64,000 nucleotides of DNA from Eledone cirrhosa (Eukaryota). Of the stretch, positions 55,101 to 64,000 are shown piece after piece (position 1 is the stretch's first letter; every line of letters starts with the position of its first letter). The notes below the pieces were generated by a model. It was not told where the DNA came from. It was given only the letters and a program-made list of their open reading frames with translations, and made no database searches. Where the stretch lies: assembly GCA_964016885.1 (NCBI GenBank), contig OZ024744.1, forward strand, positions 78,678,001 through 78,742,000. The letters run 5' to 3'. A program made the position numbers and the translations under genes.

Positions 55101-58100
55101 CTGTGTTGATATGGCCATGTGATGCGCATGGAGGATAACCGCTTATCTTCTATTTCTAACTCTATCTTCTGATGAAGGACTAGTGTCCAAAACGTTAAGA
55201 CTCTCTTTCTGCTATTTCAAGCGTTAAACTAATATATTTCTTCCCTGTACTGTGCTGTTTGTTTTGTTATTATTGTTATTTCTGTTTACCTTTTACACAC
55301 ACACACGTATATATACATATATATGCGTACATATATATACATATATGAAGTTTGTCGAAAAAGTATCTTTGGCGGGTCAAAAAAATAATTGCTGTTTTGG
55401 CTAAGGAGGGACCACTTCATTGTTCAGAATCAGTCAAGCGTAGCTCCTTACTAATATATAGATACAGAGAAATTCAGATGGCAAATTATGCACTGAGTGC
55501 CCTATCATCTTTGAAAAAAGAAACTGATTGCACACACTCAACTATGTGTATTGTGTATGAATATTCTATAACATGAATCATTGAAATTACAATTAGAAGT
55601 GAAGAAATCATACTAATGTAATGAATTGATACATGTTTACAATGTAAATGAAGTATTGATATGTTTTTTATGTGTTTATCCTTGTTTCAACACCTTATAA
55701 CTTCCACATCAATACATGCACACATTTAAACTCGCTTCAAATACATGATTGCATACAAATGAAACAGTACTTGTTCTGTAGAAGTCATTTCTATACAAAC
55801 ACGCACACCCATATATGATATAAGTATACACACATACACATACATATCATCATTATCATCAACATCATTTTTCCATCTATTTTTCTCTATGCTTGCAATG
55901 GGACAGACAAGTCTTTTAGAGTCAAGTATCTCCACTTGTTTTTTTTTCCTTTGTCATCTCCTTTGTGAAGTTTATTTTCCTGAGATCAGCTTTCTTGGTC
56001 TTTCTCCTCCACATGGAACTGGCACTTTTTCTCCCAATGATCATCATCCATGCACATTATATATATCCATACTAATGCAATCTTCTCTCCTGCACATTAC
56101 ATATGATTCCCCATAAAGCTATATTTTTTCTCTCTCAACTCATCTGTGCTTCATCGTTCATGTATATTAACTTTACACATTCAGCAGAACAAGCTTTACT
56201 TATTTATTTATAACCTTTGCATATCCTCTACATTAAGTGCGCATATCTCGCTACCATGCAGCATTGAACTATATATGCAGGCGTCATACTAAACTTGTTA
56301 TTAACTTACCTTTATGCAAATAGGTACTACTGAAGAATGTTGAGAAAATACTTTAATCCAAGCAGCTCGAAAAAGGGATTCATTCCAAGATGTAATTGAA
56401 TCTAAAGATTAATAAACAAAATAGAAATATCTAAGAAAAATAGGTTAAAGCTGTGTAAACATAATTCTAAATTTAGTTTAAATGGCTTGTATAAGCAGTT
56501 GAGACTATGTATAGTGACACTGAAATTAACTTCAGGATGAGTTTTATTATGAGTATAGAAGGGCAGTGGATTAGCAGTATCAGTGGAGCATCAGACAACA
56601 TACTTTGCAGCATATAGTTATGTCTCTTTACATTCTGAGTTCAAATCCCGCCAAGGTTAGTTTTGCCTTTCATCCTTATGGGGTCAATAAAATAAAGTAG
56701 CAGTAATGCACTGGGGTCGATTTAATTTCCCTTTCTCTAAAATTGTTGCCCTTGTACCTAAATCAGAAACCATTATTAGTAGAGAATAGAGGGCGGTGAA
56801 TTGGCAGTATCGGTAGAGGGTCGGACGCCATGCTTTCCAGCATAGTTACGTCCCTTTACGGTCTGATTTCAAATCCCGCCGAGGTTAACCTTGCCTTTCA
56901 TCCTTACGGGGTCGATAAAATAAAGTACCAGTAATGTACTGGGTAATTGCTGGCCTTGTGCCAAAAGTAGAAACAATTATTAGTAGAGAATTTAGTGAGG
57001 AGGTTCAAGTGTATGAAAATTCTCTCTAAAACTTAGAACTTTAAACATGATCTTTAAAGAAGAAAGTCATCAAGTATTAGAACCCGATTTAAGTGGGATA
57101 TTTTCAATTGATGTTGGCTGTAGGTTTTTCTCAGCACTGTCTATGTGAAAGATGCTCACAGCTCTGAGAGAGGTTGGAGGAAGCATCAGAAAATGCCTCT
57201 TGCCAGTTCTGGAACAAGCAGGAAGAGTTAAGTTAGAAACCAGAAGATGGGTAGTGACTGCTTATCACTGCTGGCATACCAACTGGAAGATATTATAGAT
57301 TAGGGTGGAAAGTTGGACATACCCTGACGATTTCTCCTAGTTGAAAACTACTGTCATAAGTTAGTCATTGAATGTGCTAACATCTTCAATCACCATCATT
57401 ACCATTTAATATCCGCTTTCCTTGCTAGCAAGGGTTAGATGAGTCATTACAGACTAAGTCAGTACTGAATTGGAGCTATTGACTTCTCAGATGGTATGTG
57501 TACCCACTTCTCGCTTACATATGTTTCTGTACTCTACAAAGTGCACAAGTGAATTTCATTGTGGTACTAATATTAGGGAGGTTGTCATGTCCTTGGTGTA
57601 ACTAAAGAGCCCTCTTGACCCTTTTTGGCATGAGTTCTACAGCTGGATACTCTTCCTTTCACCAACTACTGTATAAGGTGTACTGGGAGCAATTTTCATG
57701 GCACCAGCACAATCATCATTATCATCATCATCGTTTAATGTCCATTTTTCCACAGTAGCATGGGTTAGATGAATATATGTATAAGAATGATTATTGAGTT
57801 GAGGCTTAGTTGCTATACTGAGTACGTGAAGTGGATACATAAAAGGGTAAAGACCTCCTTCAGTCACGAATAATCATGGGATTTGCACCTAGAAAGTTCC
57901 CCTTATAGGCTCAAGTCTGGGCAAGGTTGTTTGTGGAAGACTAACAGTCGCCCATGCATACCGGTCTCCCCTCACCACACCAACAAAGTTGTCCAAGGGA
58001 AAGGCAATATCTGATACAGCTTGGCACCAGTGACATCACAACTTATTTCTATAGCCGAGTGAACTGGAGTAACGTGAAAATAAAGTGTCTTTCTCAAGGA

Positions 58101-58863
58101 CACAATGCAATACCCGGTCCAAGAATCGAACTCACATCCTCACGATTGCAAGTCCAATGCTCTAACCACTAAGCCATGTGCTGTCAGAGTGGCTATATAA
58201 GCACTCCCTTTCATAAGGTATCTTAGATTTAGACATAGGTCCTCCTGCACTAGATAGTGCATTGGATGACAAACTCCCTTCTACACTCATGACCAGCTGC
58301 TGCTTTTCACATTCATTCCATAAGATGTTGATGGCTTTCAGATTGTCATAAAATGTCTGCTTCCAGGTGATCTTTGATCTTCCCCTTTTCTGTTTGCCCC
58401 CAGGAAAATTCCAAGTCATTGACATTTTTGAGACCCGGTCCACACTGTAAAGTGGTCATGTTGGTGTCACGACAAAAAGCATCCAGCACTCACTGTAAAT
58501 GAGGTTGGTGTTAGGAAGGGCATCCAGCTGTAGACACCAAACCAAAACCAGTTCTATAATAGCAAGACATGGTTATCTGACCTGACATGGCTCACAAGAT
58601 AACTCATCTAACCCATGCTAGTGTGGAAAAATGGGTATTAAATGGTGGTGGTGATGATGATGATGATGAACTAGGACTACTTTAACTGGTGTCATGTAAA
58701 TATTTAAAAAAATTTGTTTAAGTTTATCAAGAAATAAAAATGTTTTAAATTTAAAGTTACAAAAAAAATATTTCGAAAAATTTACATACTTGTTAATTTC
58801 TCTTCAAAATCACGATCATCAGAAAAAGTGATTTCATTGGTATTAATTGTAATTCCCTTAAAT
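40390..58863 (-). CDS. NUDT6: NUDT6 / Nudix hydrolase 8-like gene: six coding exons in the window (754 nt, ~250 aa); 5' coding exon not located
   Basis: Hand-spliced exons with GT-AG sites and matching phases give FKGITINTNEITFSDDRDFEEKLTNSITSWNESLFRAAWIKVFSQHSSVVPICIKCGFEFHHAQPGYVMLNKWLKSDEPSTLPEYANQYIGVAGFVVNDKNQLLVIKENFLKQAKWKLPGGHAEKGEDLPETAIRETFEETGVKCAFESLLAFRHQHNYHFDCSDIYFICILRPLTEDLKPCQQEVSECKWIDLDDYINN...QPAHDYF*. The Nudix box GX5EX7REXXEEXGV is complete, and the GFxFHHA pre-Nudix motif of the NUDT6 family is present. Confidence 0.93.
40592..40856 (+). mobile_element. 5'-truncated RTE LINE 3' UTR with (GAT)n tail
   Basis: Close match to the reverse complement of 49321-49632 (gttggtaccacaacatccagtccaa...ggaagggcatccagcc...gatgatgat). 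Confidence 0.85.
40971..41753. mobile_element. Probable TTAA-type MITE interrupted by a SINE trimer
   Basis: Termini ttaa|cccttaa and aaaaggg|ttaa enclose the SINE array. Confidence 0.5.
41060..41606 (+). mobile_element. Three head-to-tail tRNA-derived SINEs (Nin/Deu-domain-like core, ATT tail)
   Basis: Each copy has an A-box-like tggcagtatc, B-box gagttcaaatcc, core gcctttcatccttacggggtcgataaaataaagtaccag and tail gaaacaattatt. The group is flanked by the direct repeat attattacatg. Confidence 0.9.
41783..42815 (+). mobile_element. Degenerate RTE-clade LINE fragment (RT C-terminal half)
   Basis: Motifs GLCHGCVLSPLLF, KFADD, LKQVEKFKYLG, ILTYGHESCV and MRFLRRV, with stops and frameshifts. 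Confidence 0.9.
42988..43176 (-). mobile_element. tRNA-derived SINE (same family) with 19-bp TSD
   Basis: Reverse complement of the SINE, flanked by caatagagagtttaataat at 42974-42992 and 43175-43193. Confidence 0.92.
44163..44365 (-). CDS. NUDT6: NUDT6-like exon (203 nt), GEDLPETAIRETFEETGV...ECKWID
   Basis: Splice sites aaacag|GA... and ...GAT|gtaagt; phase 1 to phase 0. Contains the Nudix box core. Confidence 0.96.
45647..46487 (+). mobile_element. CR1/L2-type LINE 3' fragment
   Basis: Motifs LQSDLD, ERDLGITV, VRPHLEFASPVWNPY, LETVQRRATK and LPYSERL. Confidence 0.92.
46694..47184. repeat. 48-bp minisatellite (~10 copies) inside an RTE 3' UTR-type repeat (46561-47186, minus strand)
   Basis: Unit accactttacagtgtgtgctgagtgctttttgcagtatctcctacatg, preceded by the catcatcatttaacatcc...catgggtagg tail. 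Confidence 0.92.
47333..47820 (+). mobile_element. RTE LINE 3' fragment, same family as 41783-42815
   Basis: Collinear similarity to 42327-42800 (gtaaaagccaaact, cttacctatggt, cgaagggtctt, cttctccaaattgagagat). Confidence 0.85.
47821..47951. repeat. Compound (GAA)/(GGA)/(GCA) microsatellite at the LINE tail
   Basis: Direct reading of the sequence. Confidence 0.95.
48191..48295 (-). CDS. NUDT6: NUDT6-like exon (105 nt), GVAGFVVNDKNQLLVIKENFLKQAKWKLPGGHAEK
   Basis: Splice sites ttccag|GA... and ...AAAG|gtattt; phase 1 to phase 1. WKLPGG starts the Nudix box. Confidence 0.95.
48340..48547. mobile_element. piggyBac-like MITE with TTAA TSD
   Basis: Termini ttaa|ccctttaacattt and aaatgctaaaggg|ttaa. 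Confidence 0.85.
49321..52005 (-). mobile_element. 5'-truncated RTE-clade LINE: near-intact RT with embedded Cys/His finger, 3' UTR and (GAT)n tail, in a (TA)n site
   Basis: ORF 50166-51779 has YKGKGD, NYRGIKL, QFGF, FVDLEKAFDRV, GVHQGSALSPLLF, YADD and FRYLG. ORF 49890-50144 has MLHGSETW and RLRWYGHVMR. The UTR continues to the (GAT)n tail at 49321. Confidence 0.96.
52372..52582 (-). mobile_element. RTE 3' UTR-type repeat
   Basis: catcatcattttacgtctgc...ctggatgcccttcctaacaccaacc...ccactttacagtgtg. Confidence 0.8.
52615..52745 (-). mobile_element. tRNA-derived CORE-type SINE head
   Basis: Minus strand has A-box tggcttagtggttagagc, B-box gagttcaattc and core ccttgagcaagacacttt. Confidence 0.8.
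52999..53279 (+). mobile_element. RTE 3' UTR-type repeat with (GAT)n tail
   Basis: Three cacactgtaaa modules, taggaagggcatcc and gttaaacgatgatgatg. Confidence 0.85.
53372..53477 (-). CDS. NUDT6: NUDT6-like exon (106 nt), CGFEFHHAQPGYVMLNKWLKSDEPSTLPEYANQYI
   Basis: Splice sites atttag|TGT... and ...ATTG|gtaagt; phase 0 to phase 1. Confidence 0.95.
54065..54285. mobile_element. piggyBac-like MITE, same family in the opposite orientation
   Basis: Termini ttaa|ctctttagcattt and atgctaaaggg|ttaa. Interior is the reverse complement of 48340-48547. Confidence 0.8.
54289..54583. mobile_element. ~295-bp foldback MITE-like element
   Basis: The left end atactttacatatgtttcaggtgtggcataaatattacacattta pairs with the right end taaatgtgtaatatttataccacacctgaaacataggtaaagtat. 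Confidence 0.75.
54597..55140 (+). mobile_element. RTE LINE fragment, same family as 49321-52005
   Basis: WVHKRCSG..., SIEVVDSFRYIG and RIRTGWKKFRDLLPLL. Confidence 0.9.
56310..56401 (-). CDS. NUDT6: NUDT6-like exon (92 nt), NSITSWNESLFRAAWIKVFSQHSSVVPICIK
   Basis: Splice sites ctttag|AT... and ...AAG|gtaagt; phase 1 to phase 0. Confidence 0.9.
56558..56982 (+). mobile_element. Two tandem tRNA-derived SINEs; the second has a 16-bp TSD
   Basis: Same family as 41060-41606. TSD attattagtagagaat at 56772-56787 and 56976-56991. Confidence 0.92.
57795..58180 (-). mobile_element. Near full-length tRNA-derived CORE-type SINE
   Basis: Minus strand reads cacatggcttagtggttagagc...gagttcgattc...gtgtccttgagaaagacacttta, plus a 3' body. 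Confidence 0.85.
58440..58669 (+). mobile_element. RTE 3' UTR-type repeat
   Basis: cacactgtaaagtggtc...ggaagggcatccagctg...acccatgctagtgtggaa...gatgatgat. Confidence 0.82.
58790..58863 (-). CDS. NUDT6: NUDT6-like exon (74 nt), FKGITINTNEITFSDDRDFEEKLT
   Basis: Splice sites ttttcag|A... and ...ACAA|gtatgt; phase 2 to phase 1. Matches the DRFxGI N-terminal motif of the family. Confidence 0.85.
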
Positions 58864-58919
58864 CTGAAAAATTGAAAAGCATTAAAATAAAAATTGATAT
58901 GACTATATATATACCTCTG

Positions 58920-59106
58920 TGTGAATTGGCAGTATCGGTAGAGGGTCGGACGCCATGCTTTCCAGCATAGTTACGTCCCTTTACGGACTGAGTTCAAATG
59001 CCGCCGAGGTTAACTTTTCCTTTCATCCTTACGGGGTCGATAAAATAAAGTACCAGTAATACACTGGGTAATTGCTGGCCTCGTGCCAAAAGTAGAAACA
59101 ATTATT
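58920..59106 (+). mobile_element. tRNA-derived SINE (ATT-tail family)
   Basis: Near-identical to 56795-56982. Confidence 0.92.
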
Positions 59107-59495
59107 TATTCTGCTTGTCACAGAATATATGTTCATATGTTTTTTTTTTCAATTGTATAAATAATTTATTTTTGGAATATATCATGTAAATACAGTTTAA
59201 TAGAAAAAAGAAAATTTAGATTGAGAAGAATGGTATGTAAAATTGGAAAATATAAAGAAAAAAAAACCGGAAAAAGGGAGGGAATGGCAAGGAGTCTAGT
59301 GTCACAGAAGAATGGAGAGGGGGAGGGTGATTGGGCTCCTGGCCTAGGGTGCAGTGGTAAAGGGGTTGCACCCCAAGGACAAGACCACAAAGGAAATAAA
59401 AAAGTAAAAGCATTTCCTTTGAAAAACAAAAACGAATAAGTGTTTTCCAGAGAGAAAAGAAGGTAAAATGTGAACATGTTTTCCAGAGTAAAGAG

Positions 59496-59703
59496 CTAAA
59501 GTGATTTTTCTGAGCTGAAAGTGAAAGTTTTTCTTGCTATTTTTAATAAAATGGATAAAAGGGGCTAATATTTGAAACTAATTGTTTAAATGTCAACTCT
59601 GGATGATATTTCAACAATTAGTTTCAAATATTAGCCCCTTTTATCCATTTTATTAAAAATAGCAAGAAAAACTTTCACTTTCAGCTCAGAAAAATCACTT
59701 TAG
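59496..59703. repeat. Perfect inverted repeat, 91-bp arms with a 26-bp spacer
   Basis: 59496-59586 is the exact reverse complement of 59613-59703 (checked base by base). Confidence 0.97.
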
Positions 59704-59713
59704 AGTTGACATT

Positions 59714-59910
59714 GTACTCAGTGCTCCTTTGGGAGCCCCTACATGGACACACTAGAAGAGGAAGACCAAGGTTAACGTATGTTGATGCCCTAAGGACAGA
59801 CACTGGTCTGTTGGAGATGCAGGACATGGCAGCGATAATGAGGGACAGAGACCGCTGGAGAGAACTCGTCCATGGATCTCGGGAATTTTACCCGCCTTAG
59901 ATAGATAGAT
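59714..59910 (+). mobile_element. Short RTE-type LINE 3' end with (TAGA)n tail
   Basis: LLWEPLHGHTRRGRPRLTYVDAL...MRDRDRWRELV, a typical RTE C-terminus. Confidence 0.8.
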
Positions 59911-60995
59911 TGTTGAAATCCACCATTAATAAAAGCATAATGCTACATAAATACGATTGTGTCGAATTATGGATACCAATGTCTGCTTTATTTCCACAGT
60001 AATTTAACAAACATTTCTGCCAGTGGGTTGATATTTTTTTAATATCTAGATAGCATTCTACTGTCATCTGATTCACTCTAGTACCAGGAATGCATTGGGA
60101 TAATTTCTGGTCTTGTGCCAAAAGTAGAAACAATTATTGAATACATTCCTCCCGTCATAATTACATATTCTAGGAAAAGAGTTTCATGTTATTTTGTGAA
60201 GGAAAACACTTTCACCTTTACTTTTGACAAGATAAACACTTTTTACTTTCATGGGACAGCAAACAATAAGACACCGAAGAAGATATTTCAGTTTCTTATT
60301 ATATTTTATCTTTTTATACTTCTGCAAATGTTTATAGGTCAAATTCACATTTATACAACATTCCAGAACAAAAATTGAAAGTGTTTACCTGTGCCAAAGC
60401 ATGGAAGGATTGTTAATTTATATTTTTAGGGTAAAGTTTAAAGAGATTTAATATTTTTAGTTAAATGTTCAAATACATCATTATTTATTATAAATGATTA
60501 ACAGACCTCATATCTTTTAATAATTCTTCAAATCTATCATTAGGAAAGGGAAAATGTTTGCATCACAAATTTTATCCTCACTTTAAATTTAAATAACCTT
60601 TTGCAGATTTTTGCACAATACTTTTTATTTGAAATTCACGTTTAAACAATGTTCATTATGGAATGAAATTGAAGCAACAAGAGAAAGAATGAGATGCTGC
60701 AGGCAAAACATTGAGAGAAAAACAAAGACAGGAAATCAGAGAAACTTCAGGAGATATCAATGGATAAGGAGAGCCAATATGATTGAACACAAACATACTA
60801 GACACATACGGTATCAATCAAAAAGAAAAAAACAAAACAAACAGATACAAAGAGAGGACATGTATTAAGAGGGGGTAGAATATCAGTAAGAACTTTAAAA
60901 ATGGGAATAGAGTATGGCAAGGAAACATGAATGAAGAAAATTACTTAACTTTTAACATCCTCTTACAATTTAGCAGAAAATATCTAAAAGCAGTT

Positions 60996-61275
60996 TTGTT
61001 AATTCAAATGTTTATAGTTTCTTTACTAGAGGACAGATAGTTGTGAACATTCGCAGTATTAGACTTTAATATTTAATGTGAAGTAGTCACAGTGTTGTTT
61101 TGTACTTTTCAAGAATATTTTACTAAAGTGGTTTGTTAATTCAAATGTTTATAGTATCTGCACAAGCAAACAGATCTTTGTGAAAATTTTCAGTAAACTA
61201 AAGATTTTAATTTTTAATGTGAAGCAATTATAGTGCTGTTTTGTACTTTTCAAGAATGTTTTGCAAATGAGGTTT
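60996..61275. repeat. Diverged ~137-bp tandem duplication
   Basis: ttgttaattcaaatgtttatagt...ttttgtacttttcaagaat occurs twice in tandem. Confidence 0.8.
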
Positions 61276-61337
61276 CATGTAGTACAGGATGTTAAAAATT
61301 AATTTGAAATATGTTCAAACAAGAATAATCAGGGAGA

Positions 61338-61394
61338 ATTTGGTGTCCAACATATTTGGTGTCCAACATATTTGGTCTCCAACATATTTGGTGT
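61338..61394. repeat. 16-bp minisatellite (atttggtgtccaacat), ~3.5 copies
   Basis: Direct reading of the sequence. Confidence 0.9.
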
Positions 61395-61462
61395 TAACCT
61401 TACCTTATTGATACTAATAAAGATTTACATTACAAGATAGAAGCTCAAAATTCAGAATGTTA

Positions 61463-62823
61463 GGGGCGACGTCCATACTCAAATTGCCACGCAAAACGTC
61501 AAAATGACGTTTTGGGTGGGTGGGTTTTGAGAAAAGATTGTGACGTTTTGCGTATCTATATATTAATTTCAACAATGTCAGTATTGTGTGTCATAATTCT
61601 CGATTATCATTGGTTCATAAGTTTCAAACGACTCCGCCCACCTCAACGACGCCAAACTTAAATTAATACGCATAATGCTAATGAGGGAGTGAGAGGGGAG
61701 AGTAAGAAACAGAGAGGCAAAGTGAACGCTGTAACTATTACCATGTGTGCGTGTGTATGTACGTACGCATATGTTTATGTGTGTGTGTATGTGCGTGCAG
61801 CGTTCCACAGAAAGTAAAAGCAATTTGACTTTATCAAACGGTGAACTACAGCGGTGACGGCGTGCAGCCAGGAATGAAGAAAAACGGGCTGAACAGCGCC
61901 ATCGGAACGCCGAACTTCAGAGGCGAAGACGTGCCGCCATGAATGAAGAGGAGCTGGCTGAACAACGCCAACGAAACACTGGTGCCAAGCAGCGACGGCG
62001 TGCTGCGATGTTTGAAGACGAACTGGCTGAGCATCATCTTTTATATTAATTATCTATATCTATATCTACATATAATATAAAAGGTTGGAACTTCCATCAT
62101 CCTTTTGAGAAACGTGGAACAACCACGTCTATGCAATGATACACGTTTTACAGTCAGGCAGAAGATGAACCATCTCCTATAGGTCACTATTCTAGGTGGG
62201 AGCACCTAGAATTGTTCATATACTATGCACAAACGGTACAATGAAGAATCTGGTATATCTGGAAGATTTTTTTTTTACTGTATTTTGTATCCCACAGACA
62301 CCACGGACTCGCCTCATACTGTAACCAGACAAACATCCAATACAGTCATTTTCTCTTTTACCTGTCTTCTCTTATCATATGTTTACCTGGGCAAAGCTGG
62401 GTACGTCAGCTAGTAATCATAAATTAAGAACTTTGGCTCACCTCCAACACGCGCCTGTCAACAGCCAACGTATTCTGCCATTTTATTTAGCCTTATGTGC
62501 CCCCTCCCCCTGAAAATTGTTTTGCCCCTCTTCCTCCCCTGAAACTTGCTTTAAATTCCATAAAATTTGCTTTGCCCCCTATTTCTAAAAGTCATTTGAG
62601 ATAAATTAATTTATAAGCATTGTTCAACTTTATAGAGCTTTTTTTCACCATTGATAACATGTGTGTATGTGTGTGTGATCATTTTTAACCTTAAGTCAAT
62701 TGAGGGTTTTTATGAGTGTTTTCATCTTTGTCACGCTTGACGTTTTCGGTACTGGGTGGGTGGGTCACGTCCAAAACGTCATTTTGACGTTTTGCATGGC
62801 GATTTGAGTATGGACGTCGCCCC
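61463..62823. mobile_element. PIF/Harbinger-type non-autonomous DNA transposon (TTA TSD, ~53-bp TIR)
   Basis: Left end tta|ggggcgacgtccatactcaaattgccacgcaaaacgtcaaaatgacgttttgg; right end ccaaaacgtcattttgacgttttgcatggcgatttgagtatggacgtcgcccc|tta. Confidence 0.88.
61555..62413 (+). mobile_element. Non-autonomous Helitron nested in the Harbinger MITE
   Basis: A|TC start, subterminal GC-rich hairpin (acctgggcaaagctgggt) and CTAG|T end. PIF1-helicase remnant KVGTSIILLRNVEQPRLCNDTR at ~62081-62146. Confidence 0.82.
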
Positions 62824-62847
62824 TTAGCCTAATGTGATAAACACGAG

Positions 62848-63483
62848 AGGCATAAGAGGAATCAAATGCTGTGTGCAGGAGAGATTACATTGGTATGGAC
62901 ATGTGATGTGTATGAAGGATGACAGCTGCATAAAAAGTGCAGAGCGCTGAAAGTCAATGGAGTGGAAGCCTTGGAGTGGGGAGACCCAGGAAGACCTAGG
63001 ATGAGGTAATAAAAGCGGATCTTGCCCAATTGCACCACTCAAAGGTGATGACACATGACAGATCTCTGATGTTATGCAGTAATACAGAAGACCCAACTTC
63101 CCATGGACACAGGCCGAAGCTGAAGCATATATACAGTATGCCCAACCTTACCCTCCCATACACCATCCATGAGGACAGGCCAAAGAAAACGCCTCCAGTG
63201 AAACCTCCAGCCCATGTTGTAAAGTGGTCGTGTAGGTGACACGACAAAAAGCACCCAGCCCACACAGTAAAGTGGACGTGTAGGCATCACAACAAAAGGC
63301 ACCTAGTACTCACTGTAAATGAGGTAGGCATTAAGAAGGGTGTCCAGCTGTAGAAACCAAACCAGAATCAGTTCTGAATAAGCAAAACATGGTCACCTGA
63401 CCCAGCATTGCTCACAACTGGACAATTGGTCTAACCCATGCTAGCATGGAAGAAAAGACATTAAACAGTGATGATGATGATGA
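62848..63483 (+). mobile_element. RTE LINE 3' end with 3' UTR and (GAT)n tail
   Basis: GIRGIKCCVQERLHWYGHVMCMKDDSCIK, followed by the same UTR modules as 49321-49630. Confidence 0.88.
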
Positions 63484-64000
63484 CACTGAACCTTTTAAAA
63501 GCAAGCAATTCATAGAGTTGCTTGACTAAGACCAAGCTTGTGAACTTAGCAAGATTGTAACTTTTTGTCATTATGAACTGCACTTCACCAAAATATACAA
63601 TTTTCCTACAAGTAATGAAATCAAAGCTGTATTTCTTAGTGAAATGGAGTCCCCTCCAGAAAAACATAAATTGATGCTAATCACCAACTCATTGTTAGAA
63701 TATAGAATAAACACCTCACACACATACACAAAAACTAAAAACAACAACTCCTCATTACTCACAGCTTGTTAAACCATGGAACATATTGCAAATGACCAAT
63801 GTAATATATAAATTTAATTGTAAACATGACAAAGTTGTGAACTTTATGACCAAAATTGCTACATAGGTTATACAAGCATTACACTTGTTCACCTGTTAAC
63901 TATGCACTTAGTGTAGGACAGAACAAAAGAGAGACACAAAATAAGAAATCAGTCACTGAGGAGGTCACAGAATGTGACAAAAGAGCTTTGATAATATATA

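Noticed and set aside
41262-59106. tRNA genes (A-box and B-box matches)
   Set aside because: The boxes belong to multicopy SINE heads followed by SINE cores and tails, and no complete cloverleaf is seen.
61403-61440. Strong minus-strand donor (AAG|gtaagg) as the first NUDT6-like coding exon
   Set aside because: In the required phase there is an in-frame TAA a few codons upstream and no ATG after it.

Overview
Repeat-dense animal genomic DNA. The SINE and RTE families resemble those I know from octopus/cephalopod genomes; this is an inference, not a verified assignment. Positions 1-34.5 kb hold a homogeneous 57(-58)-bp tandem satellite (about 600 monomers, open at the left edge) with several local higher-order duplications. 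The array runs without a break into the 3' LTR of a decayed minus-strand Ty3/Gypsy (CsRn1-like) retrotransposon at about 34.5-38.7 kb. On the minus strand the order is PPT, TGTAG LTR start, TATA-like box, an interrupted monomer, then the array, so the satellite appears to have been born inside the LTR. From 40.4 to 58.9 kb lie six minus-strand coding exons of an intact NUDT6/Nudix-hydrolase-8-like gene that the ORF track misses; its first coding exon was not found. Introns and flanks contain RTE and CR1/L2-type LINE fragments, tRNA-derived SINEs, TTAA-flanked MITEs, foldbacks, a perfect 91-bp inverted repeat at a LINE 5' junction, and a Helitron nested in a Harbinger-type MITE.
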